Assembly: GCF_016433145.1 (NCBI RefSeq) | Contig: NC_058130.1 | Coordinates: 4,154,107 to 4,218,106 of the forward strand | Direction: 5' to 3' | DNA: 64,000 nucleotides | From: Gracilinanus agilis | Lineage: Eukaryota | Part shown: in pieces, positions 11,576-24,305 of the stretch | How the letters are laid out: the number at the start of each line of letters is the position of its first letter | Position numbering within the stretch: the stretch's first letter is position 1 | Notes under the pieces: model-generated | What the model was told of the DNA's origin: nothing | Seen by the model: the letters and a program-made list of their open reading frames with translations, nothing else | Databases searched by the model: none | Made by a program: the position numbers and the translations under genes

Positions 11576-11678
11576 GCGATGATGATGGCGATGGTGGTGG
11601 CGATGGTGGTGGTGATGGTGGTGGCGACGATGATGGCGATGATGGTGGCGATGGTGATGGCGATGGTGGTGGCGATGG
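11576..11678 (+). repeat. Degenerate trinucleotide repeat (GAT/GGT/GGC)n
   Basis: gatgatgatggcgatggtggtggcgatggt... read directly; it generates the poly-GD, poly-H and poly-MV ORFs in the track. Confidence 0.9.
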
Positions 11679-12544
11679 GCATTTACCCAGCTCCTGGCAC
11701 ACGTCCTCTCACGTGGCCCTTGATTGACGGGCTGGGCCTGCACATTCAAGGCCCTCGTGGGACCGGCACCGACGGAGTCTCGGGAGGGGACGAGTGCCGG
11801 CCACCCGGCCAGCACGCATCGCTCGTCGGCACACTTGGGACGTGTTTTTAATAAAAGTTAACAGCGAGCGCGGGATCTGGAAGAAGAGCCTCGAGATTCG
11901 TTGTGGGGAGGACGGAAGACCGAAGGCCGCCATGGCACCTGCCATCTGGCCACGGGAAAGGGCCTGCTTCCTTTAGCCGTAAAACGGGCGTAACGAGCCC
12001 AGCAGCTCCCTCAGAGGTGGCGACGCTGCGCCAAGCTGAAGGAAGCTCATCGCTCACAAGGGGAGGGTGAGGGGACAAAGGAAGGCCTCAAGGACAAGCT
12101 GTGGGCTTGGCCTCCCTTTCATCCCGGTGATGCATTCATTGCCTGGAATTACAGAAGAGAAAAGTGTGGCCCCAAGACTCGCTGGATCTGAAAAGGCCCA
12201 CGTCGGCCATCAGACCGCTCCTGAGCGGCTGTATCTCCTGTCCTGTGGCCCGTCTGGAGAGGACAAGGTGTGCCGGGTCACGGGGCAGCCCGGGTAGCTG
12301 TGGCAAAGGGATCGGCGGCCGCTGGCCTAGACGGAGTCCGTGTTCTGGGAATCGTGGCTGGGCGAGCAGAGGGACTCCGTCCCTCGGACGCTTTCAGGTC
12401 TGCAGGGCCCTCAATCTAGGCTACTTTCTTCTGGGCTTGGAAACAACCTGGGACAGCCCGTGGCTTAATGGGATTGGCTCCACTGGACAGAACAGTAAAC
12501 CAAGGCAGAGGGGAAGAAACGGCCAGCTCACGGTTGCCCAGCTG

Positions 12545-12670
12545 GTCAACAATCAGTCCATAAACATTATTCAGCACTGTCTACCTGCCTGGCACCGTGC
12601 TAGGCACAGAGGCCCAAAGAGAAAAAAGAAACCCACAGTCTCTGCCCTCTGGGAGCTTCCATTGGGATGG
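12545..12670 (-). mobile_element. L2 LINE 3' end fragment
   Basis: aacattattcagcactgtctacctgcctggcaccgtgctaggcac...tctgccctctgggagctt, typical antisense L2 tail. Confidence 0.65.
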
Positions 12671-14632
12671 GTGAGGAAAGAGGCACCTCGTAAGGCTACA
12701 CAAAATGCAGGGATGGGCCTGGACCTCATCAGCAGCTTCCAGGGGAGGGGACTCCCCCCACCACAGAAGGCTGGTGGGTTTGGTGGAGCCTCTCCTGCGA
12801 GAAAGCTGCCCAAACACGGAGAAGTGAGGAGGCGGCCCGGGGTCCTGCCTCCCCCCGCTGCACCGCACTGCCTCTCGCACCCGGACAGAAGGGTTGTGAG
12901 GAGAGGACACTCACAAGGAGCGGGCCCAGAAAGGCTTCCGGTGGAGGCCAAGCCAAGCGCCGGAGGAAAGGCCGGAGCCCAGGCCATTTGGGCGCCATGC
13001 GTGGCCCTCTCAGCGCTGCTCCTCTGGTCAGCATTCTGGGATTTGAGCCCCGATGACCGGTGGTCCTCAGGGATGGGGGGGCCGAAGGAAGACGGCCTCG
13101 GGGTGAGGCTTCTCTTCCCAGCACAAAGGGGGGGCAGATGTGCCAGAGAAATCCAAGGGGCAAACGGCCGCCGAGGAGCCGAAGGAAGACTCGACGTGTC
13201 ACTTAGAAGAAAGAGGAGAATTCCAGTTTCAGAGAAGAAACCGCATTAAAAAGCAGGAAGCAAACGCCATTTTCTCTCGTAAAACTGTTCAGACAAGCCC
13301 CAGTGCCGGAGACTGGACAGCAGGACGCGACGCGCTGCTGGAAGCACAGGAGACACCCAAGCTCGGATGGCAGGCCGGCCTGATGGGCGGCTTCAGGAAG
13401 GACAGCCCGGAGCCCCCGGGGCTGGGCTCGCCGTGGGATGGGGGCTCTGAGGCCAACCAGCTCCTGAGACGAGGCTTCGCAGCCCGAAGCCTCGGGGCTC
13501 CGTCATGGCTTGACGCGGTGCTGGGATGGCCGCGGGGCCGGGAAAGGGAAGCGTCCAGTGTTTCCTGCCTGAGACGGCCTCCATCGCCGGGAACAGGGGC
13601 TGCTTAAGTACCTGGATCCTCGCCGTGTGCCGCCATCGTGCCGCCCATCACCCACGTCTCGCTGGGGCAGGAGGACGCTTTCATCGTCGCGCTTCCCCCC
13701 TCGTCAGTGCAGCCACTCAGAAGGCATTTCCTGGGCCGGGGGCTTTCCACGTCCAAGAAGGCCACCGGAGAAGCCCAGTCAGAGGTCTCTGCCTCCTCGT
13801 CTCCGGGTAACCCGGCACGACAAGCCCAAACTCTCGTGCCCAGGAGCTGGGCCCCCGCCTCGGGGAGCGGAACATTCTGTGCCCGGACCTTGCGGGGAGA
13901 CGCCTGGCCATTAGAAGCCCCGTTCAAAGAGGCAGGTAGGGCCGAGGGGCCGAGGCTGGGCAACAGGCAGGGAGGAACGGGGCAGGCCAGAGGGGCGAGG
14001 GGTGGGCAGTGGCCAGCCAGAGGGCCCTGGCTGTGGAGGGCAGAGGGGAGGGACCACCACGGCAGGCGATTACGGACAGACGCGTTTCAGAGTCCGCACA
14101 GGCGGCCCAACCTTGGCGGATGGGAGTTCCAGGCTGTGAACGCCTGCTGGGGAACCAAAGGAGCGTCATGGAGGCAGGACGTGCACAGATGGATGAATCG
14201 GGGGACGGGATCCAAGGGGATAGCGGCATCGACACGGAGATCCCCAGGCTCCGGGTCGCACGACTGCAGAAGCTGGCCGTTGGCTCTCCAAACGGTGACA
14301 CCCGCTCATTTATTTATCAATCAATAACTTGTGGATGAAGGAACAAACCTCAGGACCCAGCAGAGCCCCAGGAGAAGCCGGATCTGTAGCTTCATCCCGG
14401 GATGGTGGCAGAGGAAGCCCCGCTGAGAGAGACCCCACGTGCACAGGCCAGGCCCCGGCTCTCCGCTGGCCTGAGGCGCCCCTGCTTCAGTTCTAGGTAA
14501 GCGTCATGAGGAATAAGCAAGTAACCGGGTCGGCTAAACGTGGACCGGGCAGAGCCGAAGGCCTAAACCTGCGGGCTGGGAAGCTTTATCGGTTTATATT
14601 AAGAAAACGATTTCAGTCCGTGGTTCTTTTGC

Positions 14633-14795
14633 NNNNNNNNNNNNNNNNNNNNNNNNNNNNNNNNNNNNNNNNNNNNNNNNNNNNNNNNNNNNNNNNNNNN
14701 NNNNNNNNNNNNNNNNNNNNNNNNNNNNNNNNNNNNNNNNNNNNNNNNNNNNNNNNNNNNNNNNNNNNNNNNNNNNNNNNNNNNNNNNNNNNNNN
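14633..14795. other. Assembly gap (163 N), followed by a (TC)n/(TCTG)n tract to about 14855
   Basis: Run of N read directly. Confidence 1.
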
Positions 14796-15934
14796 GTCTC
14801 TCTCTCTGATTCTCTCTCACTCTCTAGCTCTGTCTCTCTCTGTCTCTGTCTCTCATTATCTAATGAGAGGACCACAGGCTTTATCAGACGTTCAAGGAGG
14901 ACCATCACACAAAAAAAAGCCTGATTTAGTCTAAGCCCTTCATTTTACAGATAAGAAAACTGAGTCACGAAGAGCCTAGAGGAGCTTTGAACTGTTTTGT
15001 GACCCAGGTGTGTGGGGCAGGATCTGAATCCAGGCCTTGTCTCTTAAGTCGAGGCTCTTATGCCCTCTTTATAGTACGCAGACTCGTTTCAATAGGCTTT
15101 CAGAAGTACTTTGTGAAGCACGTTCTGGACGCCAGGCCCGAGGCCCGACATCCCTAACCCTCAGTGATTTCCTGCTCTTCTCAGCCCATTCTTTGCAGAA
15201 GTCAGTGAAATGCTCTTTATCCCAAATGAGAGATTCAGTCGGGGCCTTCGGGCCTTTCCACAAACCCCAAATTGGCTCCATTAAAGCAAAATGACCAGAG
15301 GAGACGGCGGCCATCATCACTATGTTGGCTTCTCTACAAGCCAGGCTGGCCTCCCCTTCCCCTTCCCTCCCACACGAGCGGCCCCTGCGGACGGAGGAAG
15401 GTGGGCTGCCCCCAAGACAACCAGAACCAGGGCTCCGAGAGCCCTTCCTTTGCCCGTGGGTTTTCTTCTCTGATAATCCACGCTCCCGGGTTAAGTGACT
15501 GGAGCGCAGACACCAGGAAGAGGGCCATCCCTTGGCCTTGTCATGGTTCAGTCTGATGAATCTGGTTCCTGCCAGAAAGGGATGGCAGGGGGTGGCCAGG
15601 GGTCACGGGCGATTAGTGTGCTATTCCGGTTAGGAAGCTTTCGAATGGGAAGAAAGGAGTGATTAAACTCCCAGAACTATCCGTTGCCGACTGAGAGCGT
15701 GGAGGATCACAGAAGGAGATCTGGAAGGGACCTGGGAGGTCTCTGAGTTCATCCTCCCCCTCATTTTATGGCTAAGGAAACTGAGGACCAGAGATGTTAA
15801 ACTGCAGACAAGAGAGTGACATGTCCAGGGCCACCAAGACTAATCCAAGGGCATCACTCCTCCACTATGACTCTCACTGAGCTCTGCATTTCGCAAATAA
15901 GCTGTGGACTAGAACTGTTTAAGAAAGCACAAGA

Positions 15935-16165
15935 AGATGGCACAGTGGATGTCAATGCATTTGCAATTAGGAGGATGTGAATTCAAATCCTGCCTCAGAA
16001 CCTTACTGACCACATGACTCTGATTAAGCCCCTTTATGTGTTTGCCCCAGTTTCCTGGACTGTAAAATGAGGATAATGATAGCACTGACTTCCCAGGGTG
16101 GCTGTAAGGATCAAATGAGATAATATGGGCTTTGTAAGTCGGAAAAGGTGATCTAAATGCCAGGC
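15935..16165 (+). mobile_element. MIR SINE, near full length
   Basis: ttcaaatcctgcctcaga...cagtttcctggactgtaaaatgaggataatgatagcac...ggatcaaatgagataat. Confidence 0.8.
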
Positions 16166-16274
16166 CTAATGACAGGTTCTTAGTGGAGAGATTTTCCTAT
16201 TTCCAGAAGTTATCCAGGTGGCCAATCCCTCCAGCAATGTACATCATGACCGTCTATGACTCAGAAACATGGAA

Positions 16275-16445
16275 TCACAGACTCGCAGAGCTGGAGGACC
16301 CTCGTGGACTCTAGAACCCCGAGTTCCTGCGCAAGCTTGCCCAGGACTGCTCATCCATGAATTGCCTGCAGGCTTCCACCTCCCAAAGTAGCCCATCCCC
16401 CTTGGGGGCATCTCTGAAAAGAGGGTTTTCCTAACACCAACTTGA
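16275..16445 (-). mobile_element. L3/CR1 LINE 3' fragment
   Basis: gaatcacagactc...ccacctcccaaagtagcccatccc...gttttcctaaca resembles the antisense CR1 3' end. Confidence 0.55.
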
Positions 16446-17719
16446 CCTTCTCCTTTGAAATGTTTGACTCCTGCTGCCAGGTATATCCTTCAAGGTGGCC
16501 CCTTGACTGCCGCCATTTTTGTTCTGACCTTTCCAGGTCAAAGAACTTGCCCCTTGGCAGAGGTTATGGAGGTCAAATCAGCGGGAGCAGCTCTGAGCTG
16601 AAGCAGTGGCCTCCCACTCCTTCATCCCCTTTTCCTCATTTTTTGCTAACACAAAAATCCCAACAACCACAAAGAAATGTGAAGAAACAAAACCAAGACT
16701 GCCCTTGCTGTTAGCATTCGTGTTCCTTGGCAGTCTCTTTTAGCATTCCTCACATTGTCCTCGTACGACTGGATGTCCTCCATGCTCTGTCGCTGCCTCG
16801 GAGCATCCCTGGCTTCCTTCAAGGCTCACCCAAATGCTACATTCTGCAGGAGGTCCTGCCTGCCCCCCCCCAGTCTGCTGGGGTCCTTCCCTCTCAGATT
16901 CCCCTCCAGCTCCTCCAAAGATAGTGTGACTAGTTCTTCGCCATATCATGCATACCATACTGCGCACCCACCAATCAAGGCCTTGGGGTTATCAGCTGAC
17001 AGCTTGGCTGGGGCTTAAAGTTCAAAAAGACTTTGGGAACTGAGAATGACCCGGGACCATCTCCACCTCTGAGCAGGAAGAGGGAATCCTCATCTTAAAG
17101 ACTGAGTTCTCGAGAGAGACTCTGAGGAAGAAGGGAGACCTCAAGAGCTGACAGGTCAGAAACAGCAGGGAAGGGAAAGAAAAGTTAGGGCTCGCTCCCC
17201 TCTTTGGGAGGGCCGCTGGCCTTGACGGCTGTCTCAGAGAAGAAGATTCAGGGGCACTGCCCCTCGTAATGCCAATGGGAAAGCCAAAGCTCCTGACCTC
17301 TTGATGTTCACGAAGTCCTTCTCCAAGGAAGGTTGGGATAAGGAGGTGGCTGGAAAGGTCTTTTTTTTCTTCCCTCTCAGGGCCTTGGCAGAGCTGCTCC
17401 ACCACAATGCTGGCTCGCCATTGGAGTTCTGGATTCTGAACTGGTCGGGGATTTGGCCAAGCCCGACAGGGTGTGACTGATACTCTCCAACCATCCACAA
17501 GACACTTCCTGTGTGATGCCATCTGTTTTCATCAAATCCATACCTAGTGTACTACTTTGAGCGACTAATGGATTTAATAGAAGCGTCTAGGCCTGGTTCA
17601 AACCAAGTTTCTGTCTTTGATTCTAGACCTCAAACAGGTGCTCTCACCGGATAAAGGCAATGGAGTACAGAGCACCCCGTTACTTGCTTTTTCGGTGGTT
17701 CAGGGGTGTCGGCCTCTTA

Positions 17720-17880
17720 TTGAGGCTATATTGTTCCCTCCATTAGAATGCCAGCTCCTTGAGGACAGACTTTTTGGGGGGTGGGCTGGGAGGCGGTGCT
17801 GTTTCTTTGTATCCCTAGTGCCTAGCACAATTCTTGGCAAATAGTCAAGTGCTTTCTAGATGTCTGATGATTGACTAATT
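17720..17880 (+). mobile_element. L2 LINE 3' end
   Basis: ccattagaatgccagctccttgagg...tttgtatccctagtgcctagcaca...gtgcttt...tgattgac. Confidence 0.75.
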
Positions 17881-20800
17881 AAAAAATGTGTTGATTAGTA
17901 AGTTCCACGTGTATCCACATTAGTTACTTTAAATAATTCCTTTTTTCTTTCTCACTGGAATTGTTTCTCTTCCCTTCTCAGAATATCATTATTGGAAGGT
18001 CCTCTCCTCTGCAGAACTGGCTTTCCAAGCCAAAAATGTCAGCCGTGGAACCCAACCTTTCTTTTTTCTGAACTCACTGAAGCGGACTCTCCCCAAATCC
18101 AGGGCACCAACCTGCAACAGGCTCTCTACTGCGTGTGGGTTCTGTCCCACTTGGTGGGACTCGGGGCACCTTTCTACAGCTTCTTTCCAAGGTATATAGA
18201 TGGGTAGCTAGACTCGAACATATTCTCCTTCTCCCTAACTTCTCAGTATTGATAGAAAATATCAACATTCATCCTCGTATTACTGCGGTTCAGTTCCTAC
18301 ACTATCTCCTGATTGGCTGGTTGTGCCAACAACTATACTCATATCCACTTATGGGCTAAAACCTGCTTAATTTATCCAAGGACAATAGGCTCAGCCATGA
18401 AGACTCAGAGGGAGCATCGGAAGCCATCTAGTCCGACCCTCTTCTCTTACAACAGAGAGGAGACTGAGGCAGAGAAAGGTTAAGTGAGGTTCCCAGGATG
18501 CCCCAGGGCAGGGGAGCAGAGCCACTCTGCCCCTTTCCCAGTCCCCTGCCACCATCCCTGTGGAAGACCACGCAGCCCTCAGGATGTTCTTGACTTCATC
18601 AGCTGTTACTGTATTGGTGGGTTCCTGAGGAATTGGAATGAGAAAGTATCCTGATGAGGAAGAAAAAGAGAGCAACATTCATTGCGCCATCTGCGGGGTA
18701 GACGTGCCTCAGAGGAGGACGTGGCCTCCTTTTCACCGGCAGTCTGCGGAGCCTGCGCCCGGGGCCAGGACCCTGCTGGAAGCGGGGAGATGGGAATGAG
18801 CCCAGCATATACTCCCTTAGCACCGGCTGAGATTGCTGCAAACAAGGAACTGAAGGTGCAGAACTGGGGTTGTTGGAGTTAACGCTGCTGTAGGTGGATT
18901 GATCTGGGACCCGCCAGTGGGTGTTTGGGCAGGAAGAGCGTAAAAGCAGTTGTGAGGATTTTGGCAGAGAGCTGAGACCCCAGGGAACCCGCTTGCCTGC
19001 TGCTTTGAACTTCCTTGCCAGCAGTTTTTATGTTTTTATCTTCACAAACCGCTTTTCCAACACCTTGAGAATTGTTCCTCCTTGAGCATATTGGAATACG
19101 ATTTCAATAAAAGGGCTTTATTGGAACCCTCAGGCTCTTAGGGAGCCCATTGCACCAGATACGAAAGAGGGCCAACTGGTCAACCGCATGATGGTCATGA
19201 TGGAGGCAGGCTTGCTGGTCCCACATGGAGTGGATGAACCCCGAGATTCTGGGGTTCTGCTTTCAAACAGTCTAGAGCTGGTAGGAAACAGGGGGGCTAT
19301 CTGGTCTAAGCTGCTCCCTCTGCAGATGGGCAAAGAGGGAAGGGAAGAGCCCAAGTCCTACGTGTAAGAAAGTAAGTGGCCAGGAATGAGCCTTCGCTCC
19401 TCGAGGCTCTTCTCAATGACTTCCCACAATTCCCTCTGAACATTCTTTATTTAGCCTCTTTTTTTCTGAATATTTTCCTAAACGATCTAAGTCCAAATTC
19501 CTATCCTGGTAAGCAGAGGGAGGTGAGCACAACAGATTCTGCACGGGATGATGGAGACTTGCTCGGCCTCCTCACAAATGGTGTTCCGTTTGCCTCTCGT
19601 GCCTCTTGTGCTCCCGATGCCGAAGGACAAAAGGAGGGCGGCCGGCCACGAAACATCCCGCCACGAGGCCACGCAGAAGGCATTTCCTCTCCGACCAAAG
19701 TTCTACTCCTAACCGCTTCTTTCTCATAAAAGGCCGTTAGTTCTGTCTCAGCAAAGCCAGGCAAACATTCAGTTCATCACAGGCAAGTTGGGGGACCCTC
19801 GCCTCAGGGTTCACCGGACTAAGTGTGCAAGTACTATAGGCTGAGACAAAGAGCAAATGTCACCGCCTCCAGGAAGTCGAATGCCTGCCAAATGACCGTT
19901 TGCACTTTATGCAGACTTTCTACAGACGGAGTAAGTAGTGTCTGCCCCGATGGAGTGCCACCTTCCTGAAGGCAAAGACCACGGCTTTGGGCCTTCGTAT
20001 CCCACGAGTCTGGCACGTAGACGGCGTGGAATCAATACAGGTCGATCGGCAGCTCTGCCTGGTCCCAACTCCTGGCCGAGCGAGCGAGGGGCTCAGGCTT
20101 GGGCTCGGCCCCTTCTCTGCGCCTTCAGTGCCTTTCGTCTTGGCCGGACTTGTCTCGCCCTTCAGAGGGACGAGTCTCCAGCGCCCAGAATGGCGAGTGC
20201 TGCTCACCCCGAGGTGAGGGGGACCCCCCCACCCCACAGCCCCCTCCCTCGCTAGAATGGCAGGAAAGGTCTCTTGGCCAAAGGTTTGCTGGTACGAGTG
20301 AAAGCCGAATGCAGAAGTATTCACTGGGTCATCAATGAGGTGATAACCAACTGCCCTGATGGACTCTGGCCTTCCTCCCCAAGGCGTGAAGGCGTGTCAC
20401 CAAGCTTTAAGGACTCCACTGCACTTTAGTTTGTAGCTGGGGGGCCTCATTCCCTCTTAGCCAGAGGGATTTGTAACCTGGGGGTCTCTGAGCCAGAAGG
20501 TGGCCTCAGTGGTGGCCAGGAGCGCTGAGAGAGAGCCCGAGGGGCCACCTTCCTGGCACTTCCAGGGATCCATGAGCCCAGTCGGGAAGCCTTGGTGACA
20601 CACGGCAAGAGGCAAAGGAAGAAGTGAAAGAAAAGCTGGGTTGTGGCGGAAGGGGGGAGCCTCAGGGGGGCCACGGGGAGGTGTCAGCCTGAAGGTGTAG
20701 GCGGTAACTGCCTCTTCCAGGTCTAAGGAATGTTCTGGAAGGTCTGTTCACTTAGAGCAGCTCCAATAGACGCTGCTCACTTCTTCGCTCAAGCATTTCC

Positions 20801-20900
20801 CGTTTCCTGGTGTTTCCTCATATACAAAGAAGCCAGGAGTGAGCCGGAAGCTCACAAATGTTGAATTAGGGCCCAGAGCTGAACCCTTCTGAATGTTAGT

Positions 20901-21062
20901 GGAGCAGCTGAGTGGCTCAGGGCATAGAGAGCAAGACCTGGAGATGGGAAGTCCTGGGTTCAAATTTGATCTCAGACACTTTCTAGCTGTGTGACCCAAC
21001 GCACTAACCCTCACTGCTCTTCTGTCTTAGAACTGAAAATGAAGACAAAAGGAAATGACTAA
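20901..21062 (+). mobile_element. Marsupial core SINE (MAR1b/SINE1-like)
   Basis: Head gcagctgagtggctcagggcatagag, B-box ggttcaaat, ctagctgtgtgaccc. Confidence 0.75.
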
Positions 21063-21192
21063 AAGCCCCCTCACTGGGGGCTCTAAGCTATGGTGGTTCC
21101 CTTCGTGCTTTTTTGTCTGATATAAAACCACACAATTGCAGAGAATGAGACTTCATGGCCTAAAGGCCACTACATTTCTCCTAAGGCTGTCT

Positions 21193-21446
21193 GCGGCACA
21201 GCTAGGCGGTGCAGTGGGTAGAATGCCGGACCCAGAGTCGGGAAGACTCATCTTCCTGAGTCCAAATCTGGCCTCAGGCACTTACTAACTGTGTGACCCT
21301 GGTCAAGTCCTTAAGCCCATTTGCCTCAGTTACCTCAACTGCACAATAGGCTGGAGCAGGAAATGCAAACCACTGCAGTATCTGCCATGAAAAGCCTCAA
21401 TGGGGTCACAAACGCTGGACACAACTGAAAACGACTGAACAACAAG
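21193..21446 (+). mobile_element. MAR1 SINE, full length with RTE-type tail
   Basis: Head cagctaggcggtgcagtgggtagaatg; tail ggggtcacaaacgctggacacaactgaaaacgactgaacaacaa. Confidence 0.8.
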
Positions 21447-24094
21447 CCTTCCGCCCCGGGGAAGGAAGACAGAGAGAAAAGGCGGAAACACCGAACGCCT
21501 GGAAAGGGGCTCTTTCCCCTCCTGACGGGCAGGGGGGGCAGACGGCCAAGCGCTACGTGCCGCAAGCCCACGGGGGGTGCGTGTGTGTGTCATCCCACGA
21601 CAGGAAAACAGCCGCAGTTTGGAGGAATTCAGATTCTTGCTACGAGTCGTGACGTTTCAAGCCGAGGCGACAAAAGCGTCCCTGCAGAGAAGTTACCTTG
21701 TTGGGGGTCTTCCCGTCTTTCTGTCCATGAACAAAGGCACGGCAGGAAGGACGGCTCTGGGGGCCACTTTGCTCGTAAGGTTGGCCCTCATGCCTGGGTT
21801 TCAGTAATGGAGAAATAAACAAGAAATGGGCCCCCCGACATGGCCCGCGGATCCCCCCGTGGGCACGTACTCCGGCAGCCAGCTGAGACGCGGCCCGCTG
21901 GAGATGTGTCTGGGGTGGACGTCATGGCCTGTTCCGCCTCCGGAGACGGCGACTGTGGGCCGGAGAGAGAGGAGGGAGCCCTGGGAGCAGAGCCGGAGTG
22001 AGGGAGGACCCCGGCCGGCAGCCTCCCCACCCCGCAGGGTAAGAAGGCTGCTGTGGAGGGCGGCACCTCCTTCCCCAGGAGAGCTGGCCGGGGGCTACAG
22101 GAACGGGAGAAAGCAGCCTCTGAATCGATGGGACTCCCCCAGAAATGCTGGCTGGAAGGAAGGGCAGCCCCCGAGGCCTTCCCATTGGGTCTGCAGGGAC
22201 AGAAACGGGAAAGGAGGCCAAAGGCGGCGAGGGGCAAGGCAGAGGGGAGGCGGCCTCTGCAGCCTCTCTACCCCTCCAGCAGTGGCCAACAGCTGTGGCG
22301 AAGTCTCAAGCCCAGCCAGCCATGAGCAGGCGGAGGAGGCTTTGGCCGAGACACCAAGCCGAAGGCCTCGGCGGCCGCGGCTGCCCCCAGAATCAGAGGA
22401 AATCCATGGAGCCGTCGGCATCCGGATCCTTAATGGCGTCCGTCTGCATTCTCGCTCTCGGCGCATCCTCAAGGCGAGAGCTGGGCAGGCAGCGGGACGG
22501 ACGGGCCGCAGGGATGGTCGCCGAAGCCCCCTTCCCCATCCTCAGGGGCCCGGCGGCGGGCCTGGACCCTGCTCGCAGACACACGGCAGGCCTTCTCTCT
22601 TCCTCCGCCTTCCGCGGGGTGCAGGGTGCGAGGAGCAGAGGACCTACACTCAATCCTGCTCCTAGAAGGCCCTAGTCATGGCCTCAGCAAAGCAAGCACT
22701 TCCCTGGGGCTCAGCAGTCGCCTCTGCAGGATGGGTGTGAGGACGGGGTTGGGGTGCCAGAGCCCTCTCGGGATCGGTCCGGGGAGCTCTGCGGGGCACA
22801 GTGGGAGAGTGTTGGGCCTGCCCAGACACGGAGAGCGGCAGGACCCTGGCCAAATCCTTTCACCTCTGCCCGCCCCGGCTTCCTATCTGTCAGATGGGGC
22901 TCACAGGGACCCCGGCGCTCCCTGGAGGCATCTCCACTTCGCTCCCAGCAGCATCAGTGATCCGAGATGCAGGTGGGCACCCCTGAGATCCGCCTAACGC
23001 AGGGACGAAGAAGGGGGATCCCCACCCGGCGAGCCCCAGCCCAGGAGAAAGCTGGAGCTGGCTGCAAGGGCTGAGGCGTGCGGATGGCGCGGCTTCCACA
23101 CTGGCAATCGTGCTTCCTGGAGAAATCCCAGGTGTAGACCACACCCAGAGAATGGCAGGAAGCCAGGCAGAGGGGCCGGGCGGGACAAAACCCTCCCAGT
23201 CAGAGCCTTCCCTCCTCCCTGCTTCTCCCCCCATGCAGGGACACAAACGGCCATTCTCCTGCAAGAACAACGACTGCCTTCAGCATGGAGGCAGATGCTC
23301 TGCTGTTTGCCTGGAAAGCCAAGGATGTGCCTGAAATGCAGATGGGGGGCGCCTTCCCCCACGGTCAACGGCTGGCAGCCCCCGGGCTGTGTCTGAGAGG
23401 GTCCCTGGGGAGGACCCCAGCCCGGCGAGCACCTAGTCAGGGCAAAGGGCTCTGCCAGACCCTGCCAATGCGGAGACAACAGCAGCAGCCCCGTCCTTGG
23501 GGAGCTCTGCTCAGACTGCTCCCCAGTGGGGCCTGCAGGCCTCCCCGGCCTTTCTCCAGTCCTCATCGGCCCCGGAGCCCCATGGCTGGCTGCCTTTTCG
23601 GCCTGGCCCCGGCTTTCTCCTGGTCTTTCTCGGAGCTGCCTCAATGCTTCTTCCTGGTCCCTTCGGTGATGTTTTATGCCCCCCAACCTACAAAGCAGGT
23701 TTCTCAGCTCAATTCCGTTCCTCCAACAGCCTCTAGTTGGGATCTACTTTCCTGCGTGCTCAGCCCTGGCCTTGGTGCTGAGCACAGTCTCCAGGCCGAG
23801 CTGCCATCTCTAAGCCCAGCTGCTGGACTGGCCACCACGGAAGTCTCTAGCCAGGGTCCGCCCTCCCGTCTGTCCTGTTCGGCCTTTCTGTCCCTGGAAA
23901 TGATTTCGGCGGCGCCGACGATGGCCCAGACGAGCGAGAGGAAACGTAGCGGGACGGAGGTAAAGACTCGCATCTAGTCTCAGAAAATCCGCAGGAGTCC
24001 AGCGGCAGGCCAGGTCCGGGCGGCAAAGGCGAGCCTGCCTCTGGCCTCGGGGAGCCTCTGGCCTCCCACAGAGGACGGCGAGAGACACGTACGC

Positions 24095-24305
24095 GATTCT
24101 GCTCAGCCATTTGCAGTCGTGTCCAACTCTGTGACTGTTTGGGGTTCTCCTGCCATAGATCCTCGAGCAGGTACCATCTCCTTTGGAGGCAAACAGGTAA
24201 AGTGACTTGTCCAGGGTCACACAGCTAGAAAGAATCTGAGGCCACATTGGACCTGAAGTACTCCTGACTCCAGGCTCAATGCTCCATCCACTGTGCCACC
24301 TACCT
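24095..24305 (-). mobile_element. MAR1 SINE
   Basis: tcagccatttgcagtcgtgtccaactctgtgac (antisense tail) ... ccatccactgtgccacctacct (antisense head). Confidence 0.75.

Noticed and set aside
12164-13249. 361-aa ORF (also 21826-22665, 58299-59081, 60282-61172 and other long ORFs)
   Set aside because: No recognisable domain; Arg/Gly/Pro/Ala-rich as expected from stop-poor GC-rich DNA. Several run through SINE or L2 remnants and overlap equally long ORFs in other frames.
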